DNA of 64,000 nucleotides from an uncultured delta proteobacterium (GTDB taxonomy: Bacteria; Myxococcota_A; Polyangia; Polyangiales; Polyangiaceae), in contig CAVOKF010000003.1 in NCBI GenBank assembly GCA_963696385.1, positions 512,001 through 576,000 of the forward strand. Reading direction: 5' to 3'. The translations under genes were made by a program, and so were the position numbers. Position 1 is the first letter of the stretch; each line of letters starts with the position of its first letter. Below, piece by piece: positions 9,843 to 19,000 of the stretch. A model generated the notes under the pieces. That model had not been told where the DNA came from, did not search any database, and saw only the letters and a program-made list of their open reading frames with translations.

Positions 9843-10103
9843 ATGCCGAAGCGCTCACCTGGCCCGAGCCCCACGCGACGGCGGGCTCGGCCCTTCCATC
9901 AGCTGTCCCGGACGCTAGGAAAGCGGGTGCGCGAGCTGCGCGTCGAACGCGGCTGGAGCCAGCGCTCCGCGGCCATCCACATCGGAATCGGGGCCGCGGT
10001 GGTGCGACGGCTCGAGACCGGTTCGGCGAACCCTTCGCTCGCTGTCCTCGTCAGCGTCGCGCGCGCTTTTGGCGTACCGCTCAAGCGATTGCTCGGACCG
10101 TAG
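9843..10103 (+). CDS. XRE-family helix-turn-helix regulator
   Basis: LGKRVRELRVERGWSQ...RLETGSANPSL...VARAFGV is a typical HTH_3 pattern. Confidence 0.85.
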   Translation: MPKRSPGPSPTRRRARPFHQLSRTLGKRVRELRVERGWSQRSAAIHIGIGAAVVRRLETGSANPSLAVLVSVARAFGVPLKRLLGP

Positions 10104-10220
10104 CGCGGCAAAGTCACAGTGTGTCGGCTCTGCTCCTGCCGCTTCGCGATGATGGGCCGCCCAATCTACACACCCCCGTCACGTCAATCCGCCGCCCCCC
10201 TCGATGCCCGAGTGGGCGCA

Positions 10221-12125
10221 TCAATGCGGAATCGACGGCGGCGGCGGCGGGATTTGAAAGTAATCCCATGCCGGGGTGTGGTTGTGCTCCGTCTCCGGTT
10301 GATTCCAGAAGTAGAGGGCGCCAAATTGCTGCCAATTGCCGGCCGCATCAATCACCAGCGCCGTCAGGTAAAGCTGCGGACCGTCGGCGCTGTAGGGATC
10401 GCGCGTCGAACTGAAGACCAGCCAATAAAACTTTCGCCCGTCGGCGACCGTGCCGACGGCGGGGGCCCACTTCGGCCAACTGTTCGTCACGCCAGGGCTC
10501 ACCCTGCCGGTGCAAGCAGGCGGATCGTTCACGGCGAGGCGACCCACCGGAGCGACGGTCGCGGCATCCGAATTATTGGGCGCACCGACAACGTAGAGCT
10601 CGGCCAGTGGGTTACTGTACATCGTCGTTCCGCTCGCCACTTTGTCGAACGCGATCAGCTGATCGTCAGGCGACCAGGTCGGGTAGTACTCGCTCGCCGC
10701 CGGGTCGCTCGCGCCCGCCAGAGGCGCCGCGGTACCCCCTGCCTTGTCCGCATACGGGATCACGTAAACGTCCGCCGGACCGACCGACAAACGACCATCC
10801 ATATTGGCGTTCGTGGAGACGTACGCGATCTGCGTGCCGTCGTGGCTCCAACTCGGCGCACCCGCGTGGAGCGGATCGCCGGTCCGCTGGAGGATGCCCA
10901 TGGCGGGAGCGGTGGTCGCCTCGACGTCGATCCAAGCGAGCTCGGAATCTGCGTTATCCATGGGGTTATAGGCCGTAATTTCGATCCGATCGCCCGCGGT
11001 CCAATGAGCGGGCGAAAACGTGTGTATGCCGAGCGTTCCCGTCTCGATCACCGCACGCCCCGCGGCTCCGAGCCAGGGCGGAAGACCGCCGGTCTGGTTC
11101 GGCTGAATATCCGCGAATCCGTTGGCCCATTGGTCGTAGCTCGATGAAAACGACGCATAGTCACCATCGGGCGTCGCGTTGTGACATCCGATGCAGGTCG
11201 TCGCGTACTCGGTGACCTGCCCCGGCTGCAGAACCGGAGTTACGGTTTCGTCTCCCACGGCGAAGCCCTTGAGCGCAGTCCCACTCGTGGGAGTCCAGTA
11301 AACGATCGTGCCGGGGGCGATGACGGGAGCGATGCCGATCGTGCCGGCAGACCCGAGCGCCTCGCCGGTCAACGCGTCCCCCGCGAGAGCTCCGCCGCGA
11401 ATCGTCACGTTGATGGGCTCATCGTAGGAGTCAGCCCGGAGCGCATCCCACATCGCGTCCGGCATCGTCCACTCGTTCGACGTCGTGTAGACGACGAGAG
11501 GATTCGTTTGATTGGCAATCTGAAGCCGAAGCTCAAAAATATTTTCATCTTGCGGAACGACCCAGCGGAAGCGGGGCCGCAGCCAATTGTCGGGATAGAG
11601 TGCGCCAAGCTCCGGCTCGATCAGGCACGGACCGCCCGTCTGGGCACCTTGCGACGAGGCGCCGAAGAGCTCCGGCGCGTTGCTCGGGAGTGTCGTGACA
11701 ACGGACCCGTCCGAGTCCGCTCCGTCGACTGCCTCGGACGCGTCGGCGTCCGATCCGTCGAGAACCCCGGCATCCGTGTCCACTCCGTCGAGAACCGGAG
11801 TCGATGGAAAATCCGCATACATCATCCCGGCCACTTTGGTATCGGGTTCGCCGCTGGTGCCCGACGCGGAACCGTCGCGAGCGAGGGTGATGCCGCACAC
11901 CAGACACGGTCCCCCGTCGTTGAACGCCGCCAGGCCACTCGAAAGACTCGCGTCGACTGCCCCATTCGACGCGCTCGATGAACTGTGGAACGTGGAATTC
12001 CCGTTCGAACCCGCCCCGAGCGGCGTCGCGCCTCCCGCACACCCCGCAGCGACTGCGATGAGCAGCCCGACGGCGACGGAAATTGGGTGCCTGATAGACG
12101 CTACGAGACGGTACTGTAGCCTCAT
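10221..12125 (-). CDS. Lipoprotein with TolB/PD40-like beta-propeller repeats
   Basis: Lipobox AVAAGC, DAG-rich linker, repeats PSWSHDG and PTWSPDD, NSWPKWAP, WLVFSSTR. Start approximate. Confidence 0.8.
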   Translation of the reverse strand: MRLQYRLVASIRHPISVAVGLLIAVAAGCAGGATPLGAGSNGNSTFHSSSSASNGAVDASLSSGLAAFNDGGPCLVCGITLARDGSASGTSGEPDTKVAGMMYADFPSTPVLDGVDTDAGVLDGSDADASEAVDGADSDGSVVTTLPSNAPELFGASSQGAQTGGPCLIEPELGALYPDNWLRPRFRWVVPQDENIFELRLQIANQTNPLVVYTTSNEWTMPDAMWDALRADSYDEPINVTIRGGALAGDALTGEALGSAGTIGIAPVIAPGTIVYWTPTSGTALKGFAVGDETVTPVLQPGQVTEYATTCIGCHNATPDGDYASFSSSYDQWANGFADIQPNQTGGLPPWLGAAGRAVIETGTLGIHTFSPAHWTAGDRIEITAYNPMDNADSELAWIDVEATTAPAMGILQRTGDPLHAGAPSWSHDGTQIAYVSTNANMDGRLSVGPADVYVIPYADKAGGTAAPLAGASDPAASEYYPTWSPDDQLIAFDKVASGTTMYSNPLAELYVVGAPNNSDAATVAPVGRLAVNDPPACTGRVSPGVTNSWPKWAPAVGTVADGRKFYWLVFSSTRDPYSADGPQLYLTALVIDAAGNWQQFGALYFWNQPETEHNHTPAWDYFQIPPPPPSIPH

Positions 12126-12282
12126 TGCCCGTAGCTGTGACCTAAGCGGGAAGCGCTGTAAAGGGCGCCCAGCCGACTCGTTTGTGGCGCCGTGCGATTC
12201 TTGCGAGGGGTGCGTGCTACACGAACACACCTATTTGCCCTAACGCTGGCGCTTTTCGCGCAGATCAGGCACCGTCAGAGTT

Positions 12283-13808
12283 ATGAGCCAAGCGGGCGCC
12301 CGGGGACCTGGAAACCCCGCCAAGACGCACCCTACGAGCCCGGCCGCTGCTGAGTCCCCCAAGGCACCCCCGGTCGCCCCCAAGGTCGGTGCGGCCGAGC
12401 CGCTGCCGGAGGACGCGACAATCGCCTCAGCGACGCCCGCAAAGCCAGCCGCAGCTCGTTCCACTGCGGCTGGGGGAGCACCGCCACAGGCGGCTATGGC
12501 TGCGACAACGAGCCAGACGAAGGGAGCACCCTCGCCGGCCGCATCGGCACCGGCCGGGCAGAGGCCGCGAGCGCCGTCGGCCCCGCAGATCGCCGACCGT
12601 CCGTCCCCCAACGCCCCACCTACGGGCTCCTCGAGAGTGACCGGAGCCTCGACCCAGCCGAATCTCGGCGATCGGCCTGGCGTCACGGGAGCGACGCCTG
12701 CTGCCGCGCCGAGAGCGCCCGCTCCATCCTCGCAGCCAAATCTCGGCGATCGATCGGCGGCCCCAGCAGGCGCAACGGCCTCCACGGCGCGAACCGCCGC
12801 TCCGTCGCAGCCGAATCTCGGCGATCGATCGGCCGCTGCAGCGACCCCTGCCGCGCGGACCGCCGCTCCGTCGCAGCCGAATCTCGGCGATCGATCGGCG
12901 GCTGCAGCGACCCCTGCTGCGCGGGCCGCCGCTCCATCGCAGCCGAATCTCAGCGATCGACCTGCCGCCAGGACCGCGACGACTTCCGCCGCGCGACCCA
13001 CCGTTCCATCGCAGCCGAATCTCGGTGATGGCTCCCCCCCGCCCGCGACGGCCCCGCGAGCGGCTGCGGCTTCGCAGCCCCTGATCGGCGATCGACCGAA
13101 CGCGCCAGCAGCCGCCGCCGCCGCTGCGCGAGCCGCGGCCACGACGACCTCCACGAAAGGAGGCACCCCCCCCCCGTGCCGGGCGCACCGGCCACGCCCC
13201 CATCCCGCGGCCCCAGCGCGACGTTGCCGCTCATCCTGGAGCGAGGTCCGGAACAGGCCGCGGCCTCTATGCCACCGCCGCTTCCGGCCCTCGGATCCGA
13301 TCGCGACGCCGACGAGGACGCCACCGTCGTGGTGAGCCGGCATGCGACCGCTATGGCGATGCAGGGCGCCGTGCCCCCACCTCTTCCGGCACCGGTGGTT
13401 GGCGAAGCCGGACCCGACTTGCGTGCCCAGGTCCGCGCCGCGGTGGACGAAGCGGTGGCCCCGTTGCAGCGCGCATTTCAAAATCACGAGCGCGCCCTCG
13501 TCGAATTCAAACAGCGCCTCGATGAACTGGAGCGACGACCTGCTGCAGCAGGCCCCTCCGCGAGGCCGCCGCCGAGTGCGTACCCTGTGCCCATCGCTGC
13601 CGTTTCGGTCGCTCCGGGCGCGCCGCCGGTCGCCGGCGCTCTGCCTTCACCCACCGATCTGTCGGCGCTCGATCGCGATGTCTTGGCTGCGCTCGAAGGC
13701 CGGTCACGACGACGACACCTGGTGATCACGACGGTGCTTGTCTTCGTGTTGCTCTTCGGCGGGTTGTCGATCGCGCTGGCACTCAGCTACTTGCCGCATC
13801 CATCCTGA
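12283..13808 (+). CDS. Pro/Ala-rich repeat protein with a coiled coil and C-terminal TM anchor; frameshifted at a C10 tract
   Basis: ORFs 12283..13335 and 13176..13808 join (TPPPVPGAP) if the C run at 13166-13175 has one more C. C-terminal hydrophobic helix. Confidence 0.65.
12654..13098 (+). repeat. Seven intragenic SQPNLGDR-type repeats
   Basis: A CAGCCGAATCTCGGCGATCG-like core recurs with spacings of 78, 75, 66, 66, 72 and 63 nt, all multiples of 3. Confidence 0.9.
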
Positions 13809-14003
13809 ACCGTCCACCTCGGGCGGCGTGCCCCCGATGGTCGAGCGTTCCTTCCGCCGGATGCCAACGTATCGGAGACCGCCGCGCGACCTACCGGTCC
13901 GGCGGGGGCGCGCCGCGCACGTGCCGATCGGACGCGGCGTCCAGCACTCGAAACAAGAGCGCGGACGGCCATCGAAGACGACGACGGCAGCGTGCATCAT
14001 AGA

Positions 14004-15818
14004 CTACGCAAGCACGCGAAGCGCACGGGCCCCCTTGCCTCCACCGCTCGGGCCGGCGGGGGCTTGGGGCGGCGGATGCCAGACCGCAAAATCCTTCGCC
14101 AGAGGGCCGGGAAGCGTAGGCTGCGAACGCCGCTCCAGCAGTTGAAAGTCGTGCGTCGCGAGGAGATCGAGCGACGCGACATCCGACGACGGCTGCGCCG
14201 CCCAGCGCTCGATCACATCCGCATTGCGCGCGATGACCCCATGTTGAGGATCGCGGCTCATCGCCTCCGAGAAGCGCTGTTGCATGCCTACGGCGTCGCC
14301 TCGCAGCGCGGCGATGCAAGCCAGATAGTTGAGCGCGAGCCCCGGCGCCGGATACTGCAGCTCGAGAGCCCGGCTCGCGTGGCGCTCGGCCTCGTCGAGC
14401 CGGCCCTCTCGGAAGTACGCGCCGGCCAAATCGAGATGCGCCGCGTGGTGGTCGCCCAAACGGCCCAGGATGGCCTCGTACTCCACGATGCCTTCGCGGA
14501 ACCCGTCGCGGAGGCCCTTGTTTCGCCGGAACCAATCGCGAAGGAACGCCGTGTCCTCGTCCGAAGCGTCGAACGTGGTTTTGAGTTCCTGAAAGTCGCG
14601 CTCGAAATAAAACTCGGCGTCGAGCCAGCCGGCCGCCACGGCCAAGTCGTAATCGCGCGTTCCCGGATAAACGGACAGGCAAGCAAAAATGGATTGATGC
14701 GGTTTGGCCCGTTCGAGAAACCTCAAGGTCTCCGCAAAAGTTTCCTGCGTCTCCCCGCGGTTGCCGATCATCATGTAATACCGGATCTTGATGCCGTACT
14801 TCTTCGCGAGTTCGCTCGAAGCGATGATCTCGTCAGGCGTAATCTTCTTGTCGATGGCGTCGAGAATTTTCTGCGAACCGGACTCGACCCCAAGGCTCAG
14901 CCGCTCGCATCCAGCGAGGCGCATCTCTCGCAAGAGCTCGTCACCGAGAACGTCAACGCGGGTGTCGCAGCTCCAGAGGAAGCGGATGTTGCGCTCCCGA
15001 ATTCCCCGGCAGAGAGCAAGCACACGCTTGCGGTTCGTCGTGAACGTGTCGTCCTTGATCTGAAGCATCTTGACCGGCGCCCGCGCGACCGCCTTCTCGA
15101 GGGCATCGAGCACGTACGGAACGGACTGACCGCGGTAGCCCCGCCCCCAGCTCGCCTCCGCACCGCAGAACGTGCAACGCCACGCGCAGCCGCGCGACGT
15201 CATCACAATGTGCGTGTCGAAGTAGTCGTGCACGGAAGCGAGCGCGTCGAGATCTTCGATCGCTGCCCGCTTTGGCGCAACGGCGAGCCGATGCCCATCC
15301 CGATAGACCGTTCCGGCGATGCCGGCCGGGCTCTCGCGCCGCTGCAATCGGTCGAGGATCTCGAGAAAGGTCTGCTCGCTCTCGCCGACGGCGATCGTGT
15401 CGATGTCTTCGTGGTGCGCGAGCATCTCTCGCGCGAGTGGCGTCGCGTGAGGACCGCCAACGACGACGTGCGATCTCGGGTGGATGCGCTTGATCTCGCG
15501 CGCAACCAGGGCCACCCCGCGCCGATTGGCCGTCCAACACGACAGGCCGTACACGTCGGCCTCCAAGACACCGATCGCGTGCTCAACGTGCCGCCAGGGA
15601 TAAGCGGATAGGTTGATGACCTTTACCGAATGTCCGGCGCGAAGCGCCTGCGCCCCGAGTGCGAAGAGACCGTACGGAGTCTGGAAGAAATCGCCGTCGA
15701 GGTCGCCCTGCGCGTACTCGGTCGGAGGCCCGTCGCCGAGAGGGTCGGGGGCTTCACCCGGCAAGGGGATTTTCCACGGGGGTGGGTACAACAACGCAAC
15801 GCGCATCCGGAGAAGCAT
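14004..15818 (-). CDS. B12-binding radical SAM protein with C-terminal TPR
   Basis: VVGGPHAT and AVGESE cobalamin-domain motifs, SRGCAWRCTFC (CxxxCxxC), DDTFT, GVESGS. Start 15818 or 15806. Confidence 0.92.
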   Translation of the reverse strand: MLLRMRVALLYPPPWKIPLPGEAPDPLGDGPPTEYAQGDLDGDFFQTPYGLFALGAQALRAGHSVKVINLSAYPWRHVEHAIGVLEADVYGLSCWTANRRGVALVAREIKRIHPRSHVVVGGPHATPLAREMLAHHEDIDTIAVGESEQTFLEILDRLQRRESPAGIAGTVYRDGHRLAVAPKRAAIEDLDALASVHDYFDTHIVMTSRGCAWRCTFCGAEASWGRGYRGQSVPYVLDALEKAVARAPVKMLQIKDDTFTTNRKRVLALCRGIRERNIRFLWSCDTRVDVLGDELLREMRLAGCERLSLGVESGSQKILDAIDKKITPDEIIASSELAKKYGIKIRYYMMIGNRGETQETFAETLRFLERAKPHQSIFACLSVYPGTRDYDLAVAAGWLDAEFYFERDFQELKTTFDASDEDTAFLRDWFRRNKGLRDGFREGIVEYEAILGRLGDHHAAHLDLAGAYFREGRLDEAERHASRALELQYPAPGLALNYLACIAALRGDAVGMQQRFSEAMSRDPQHGVIARNADVIERWAAQPSSDVASLDLLATHDFQLLERRSQPTLPGPLAKDFAVWHPPPQAPAGPSGGGKGARALRVLA

Positions 15819-16047
15819 TGTAGCTCCGGGCCGACGCGTTATGTGCAGGGCTTCACTTGGACGGAACCTCTTGCCCTCTCCGGCCCGGCGCGCGCCCCCA
15901 CGTCGGCCTCGGCGTGAACGACACGCAACGGCTGCCCCGCGGCGGGCGAAGGGGAAAAAGACCGATGGCCATTCCGCTCGGCAGACTCGCCTCGCTCCGC
16001 GCCGTTCCGAACCGCCGCCCCGGCTGGAGCCGCTCGACACGCTCCCG

Positions 16048-16063
16048 GATGTTCGCAAACATC
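16048..16063. promoter_or_regulatory. Palindrome GATGTT-CGCA-AACATC, possible operator
   Basis: Perfect 6-bp AT-rich inverted repeat ending about 27 nt upstream of the topB-recQ ATG. Confidence 0.3.
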
Positions 16064-16089
16064 TGCCACGCGAGGTCACCACCCCCCCG

Positions 16090-19000
16090 ATGACCATCCT
16101 CGTCGTTGCCGAAAAGCCAAGCGTCGCGCGCGACATTGCGCATGTGCTGGGGGCCCGCACCCGGTCCGAAGGCTACTTTCACGGCCCCGGTCACATCGTG
16201 ACATGGGCCCTGGGTCACCTCGTCACGCTGGCCGAGCCGCACGAGATCCATCCCGCGTGGAGAACTTGGCGGCTTGCCAATCTCCCGCTTCTTCCCCCGG
16301 CGTGGCCCTTGGTGGTCGCCGAAGGCACGCGCGCCCAGTTCGAAGTGGTTCGCAATTTGCTGCTGTCAAGCGAAATTCGCACCGTCATTTGCGCTACCGA
16401 TGCGGGTCGCGAGGGAGAGCTCATCTTCCGGTACATCTACGAGGCGGCCGGCGCGACCAAGCCCGTTCGCCGTTTGTGGATCTCGTCGTTGACGCCGGAG
16501 GCCATCGCCGCTGGCTTGCGTACGCTCAAGGATGGGAGCGCGTTCGACCGCCTCGCCGATGCAGCTCGTGGTCGCAGCCGCGCAGACTGGCTGGTCGGGA
16601 TGAACCTGTCGCGAGCGTATAGCGTCCTCCACGACGACAACCTGTCGGTCGGACGCGTGCAGACGCCGACGTTGGCCATGGTCGTGGAACGCGAGATCGG
16701 GATCCGAACCTTCGTGCCCGAGGATTATCTCGAGGTCGTCGCGACCTTCGGCCCGCAGACGCGCGATTTCGATCCCGACGATCCGAAGAGGGAGCGCCAG
16801 ACGTACGAGGGGACGTATCTGCGGGGTGGGACCCGTGAGCGAGACGCGCAGCGCCTGCCGCCGGACGGCAAAGACGCGGCCGCGATCGTCGAGCGCGCCC
16901 AACGCGGCTTCGCACGCATCGAGTCGATCGATCGTCGTTCGCGACACGTGCCGGCACCGGCACTTTACGATCTGACGGAACTCCAGCGTCATGCAAATCG
17001 GATCTACGGGTTTACCGCGCAGCACACGCTCGAGGTCGCGCAGACTCTCTATGAGAAATGGAAGCTTCTGAGTTATCCGCGGACGGACAGCCGACACCTC
17101 TCGAGCGCCGTCGCCGAAACCCTCGCGGCGGTCGTCGGAGCGATCGCCGCTCCCTACCAGGGGCTTGTCGCCGAGGGGACTGGGACACGACCGCTCGGTC
17201 CCCGCTTCGTAGACGACGCACGCGTCACCGACCACCACGCGATCCTTCCGACCGCCACCGTGGCCCCCGCCAGCCTGCCCGCAGACGAGCAAGCGATTTA
17301 CGATCTGGTATGCCGGCGCCTCCTCGCGGCGTGGCACAACAATCACGTCTACGCCGTGACGACGGTGCTCACGACCGTACAGTGGAACGCCGACCGGGAC
17401 CGCTACACGAGCGCGGGAACGAGCATCGAGAACGTGGGGTGGCGCGCGTTGGACCCCCAACCGGCGGGGGCCTCCGAGACTCGTCCGAAGGAAGGCCCAC
17501 GCGCCCCGGACCCATCGTTGCCGGGCGGCCTTGAAGCCGGTCTGCCTCGGCGCGTGGTCAACGCCAGGTCGGTCGCCAAGAGGACCCGACCGCCGCCGCG
17601 CTTCACCGACGGCACGCTGCTGACGGCGATGGAGACAGCGGGACGAACCCTCGACGAAGCCGAGGTCTCTCGTGCCATGCGCGAATGCGGCCTCGGCACA
17701 CCCGCGACACGGGCCGCGATCCTCGAGACTCTGGTTCGACGCGAATACGTCGTGCGCGAGGGAAAGACGCTCCAAGCGACGGACAAGGGAGTGGCGCTCG
17801 TCGAGATCGTGCATGAGCGCGTGAAGAGCCCCGCGATGACGGGCGAATGGGAATCCAAGCTTGCGCGGATCGAGCGCGGCGAGGAAAACCTCGCAAACTT
17901 CATGCGCGAGATCGAGATCTACGTCCGAGACGTCGTGGCAAGTGTGGCGTCGGGCACAGCGACGAGCGCCGGTCCCGATCGCGCGCCCGCCGGAACCCCA
18001 GCATCCCGCTACGTCCGAGACGTCGTGGCGAGTGGGGCGTCGGGCGCGGCGACCAGCACCGATCCGGATCGCCCGCCCGCCGGAACGCCGACACACCGCA
18101 CGGCGCGGTCGAACGACCTCGGCGTTCTGCTACGGACGTCGTTCGGCTTTCCCTCGTTTCGCCCGTACCAGGAAAACGTCTGCGTCGCGGCAGCGACGGG
18201 CAAGGACGTCCTTCTCGTCATGCCGACCGGCGCCGGCAAGTCGCTTTGCTATCAGCTTCCGGGCATCGCCCGCGGAGGAACGACACTCGTCGTGAGCCCG
18301 CTCATTGCGCTGATGGAGGACCAGGTCGCGCAGCTCTCCCGACGCGGCTTCGCCGCCGAGCGGATTCATTCCGGCCGCAATCGCGCAGACTCGCGCGCCG
18401 TATGCCGGGCTTATCTGGACGGCGCACTCGACTTTCTTTTCATCGCACCCGAGCGCCTCAAGGTACCCGGGTTTCCGGAGATGCTGGCGCGCCGCAAGCC
18501 CACGCTGGTGGCGATCGACGAAGCGCACTGCATTTCGCAATGGGGCCACGATTTCCGGCCCGACTACCGGATGCTGGGAGCACGCCTGCCCCTTCTGCGT
18601 CCCGCACCGGTCATCGCCCTCACAGCGACGGCAACCCCGATGGTTCAAGGCGACATCGTCGACGAGCTCCGACTCGAATCGCCGATGCGCTTCATTCACG
18701 GATTCCGTCGAACCAATATCGGCGTCGAAGTGATCGAACGAAGCCCGGGCGTCCGCGCGGACATCGTCCAGCGCCTGCTCGATAAAGCCGAGCGGCGACC
18801 GGCCATCGTCTACGCGCCGACTCGCAAGGAGGCCGAACAGCTTGCTCAAGAGCTGTCTCCGCGATTGCGCGCCGCTGCCTACCACGCGGGGCTTCGCGCC
18901 AGCGCGCGAGACGACGTCCAATCGGCGTTTCTCGGGGGCAAGCTCGACGCGATCGTCGCGACGACCGCGTTTGGAATGGGCATCGACAAGGCCGACGTTC

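Noticed and set aside
7228..10103. Prophage or defence island around the Acb2/Tad1-like gene and XRE regulator
   Set aside because: No integrase, structural, replication or defence genes, and no obvious compositional shift.
12654..13098. Regularly spaced ~25-bp repeats resembling a CRISPR array
   Set aside because: Spacings are all multiples of 3, spacers resemble each other, the repeats encode SQPNLGDR inside an ORF, and there are no cas genes.
15613..16089. N-terminal extensions of the topB-recQ and radical SAM ORFs that would make them overlap
   Set aside because: Family similarity starts at MTILVVAEKP (16090) and MRVALLYPP (about 15806); the extensions are Arg/Pro-rich noise.
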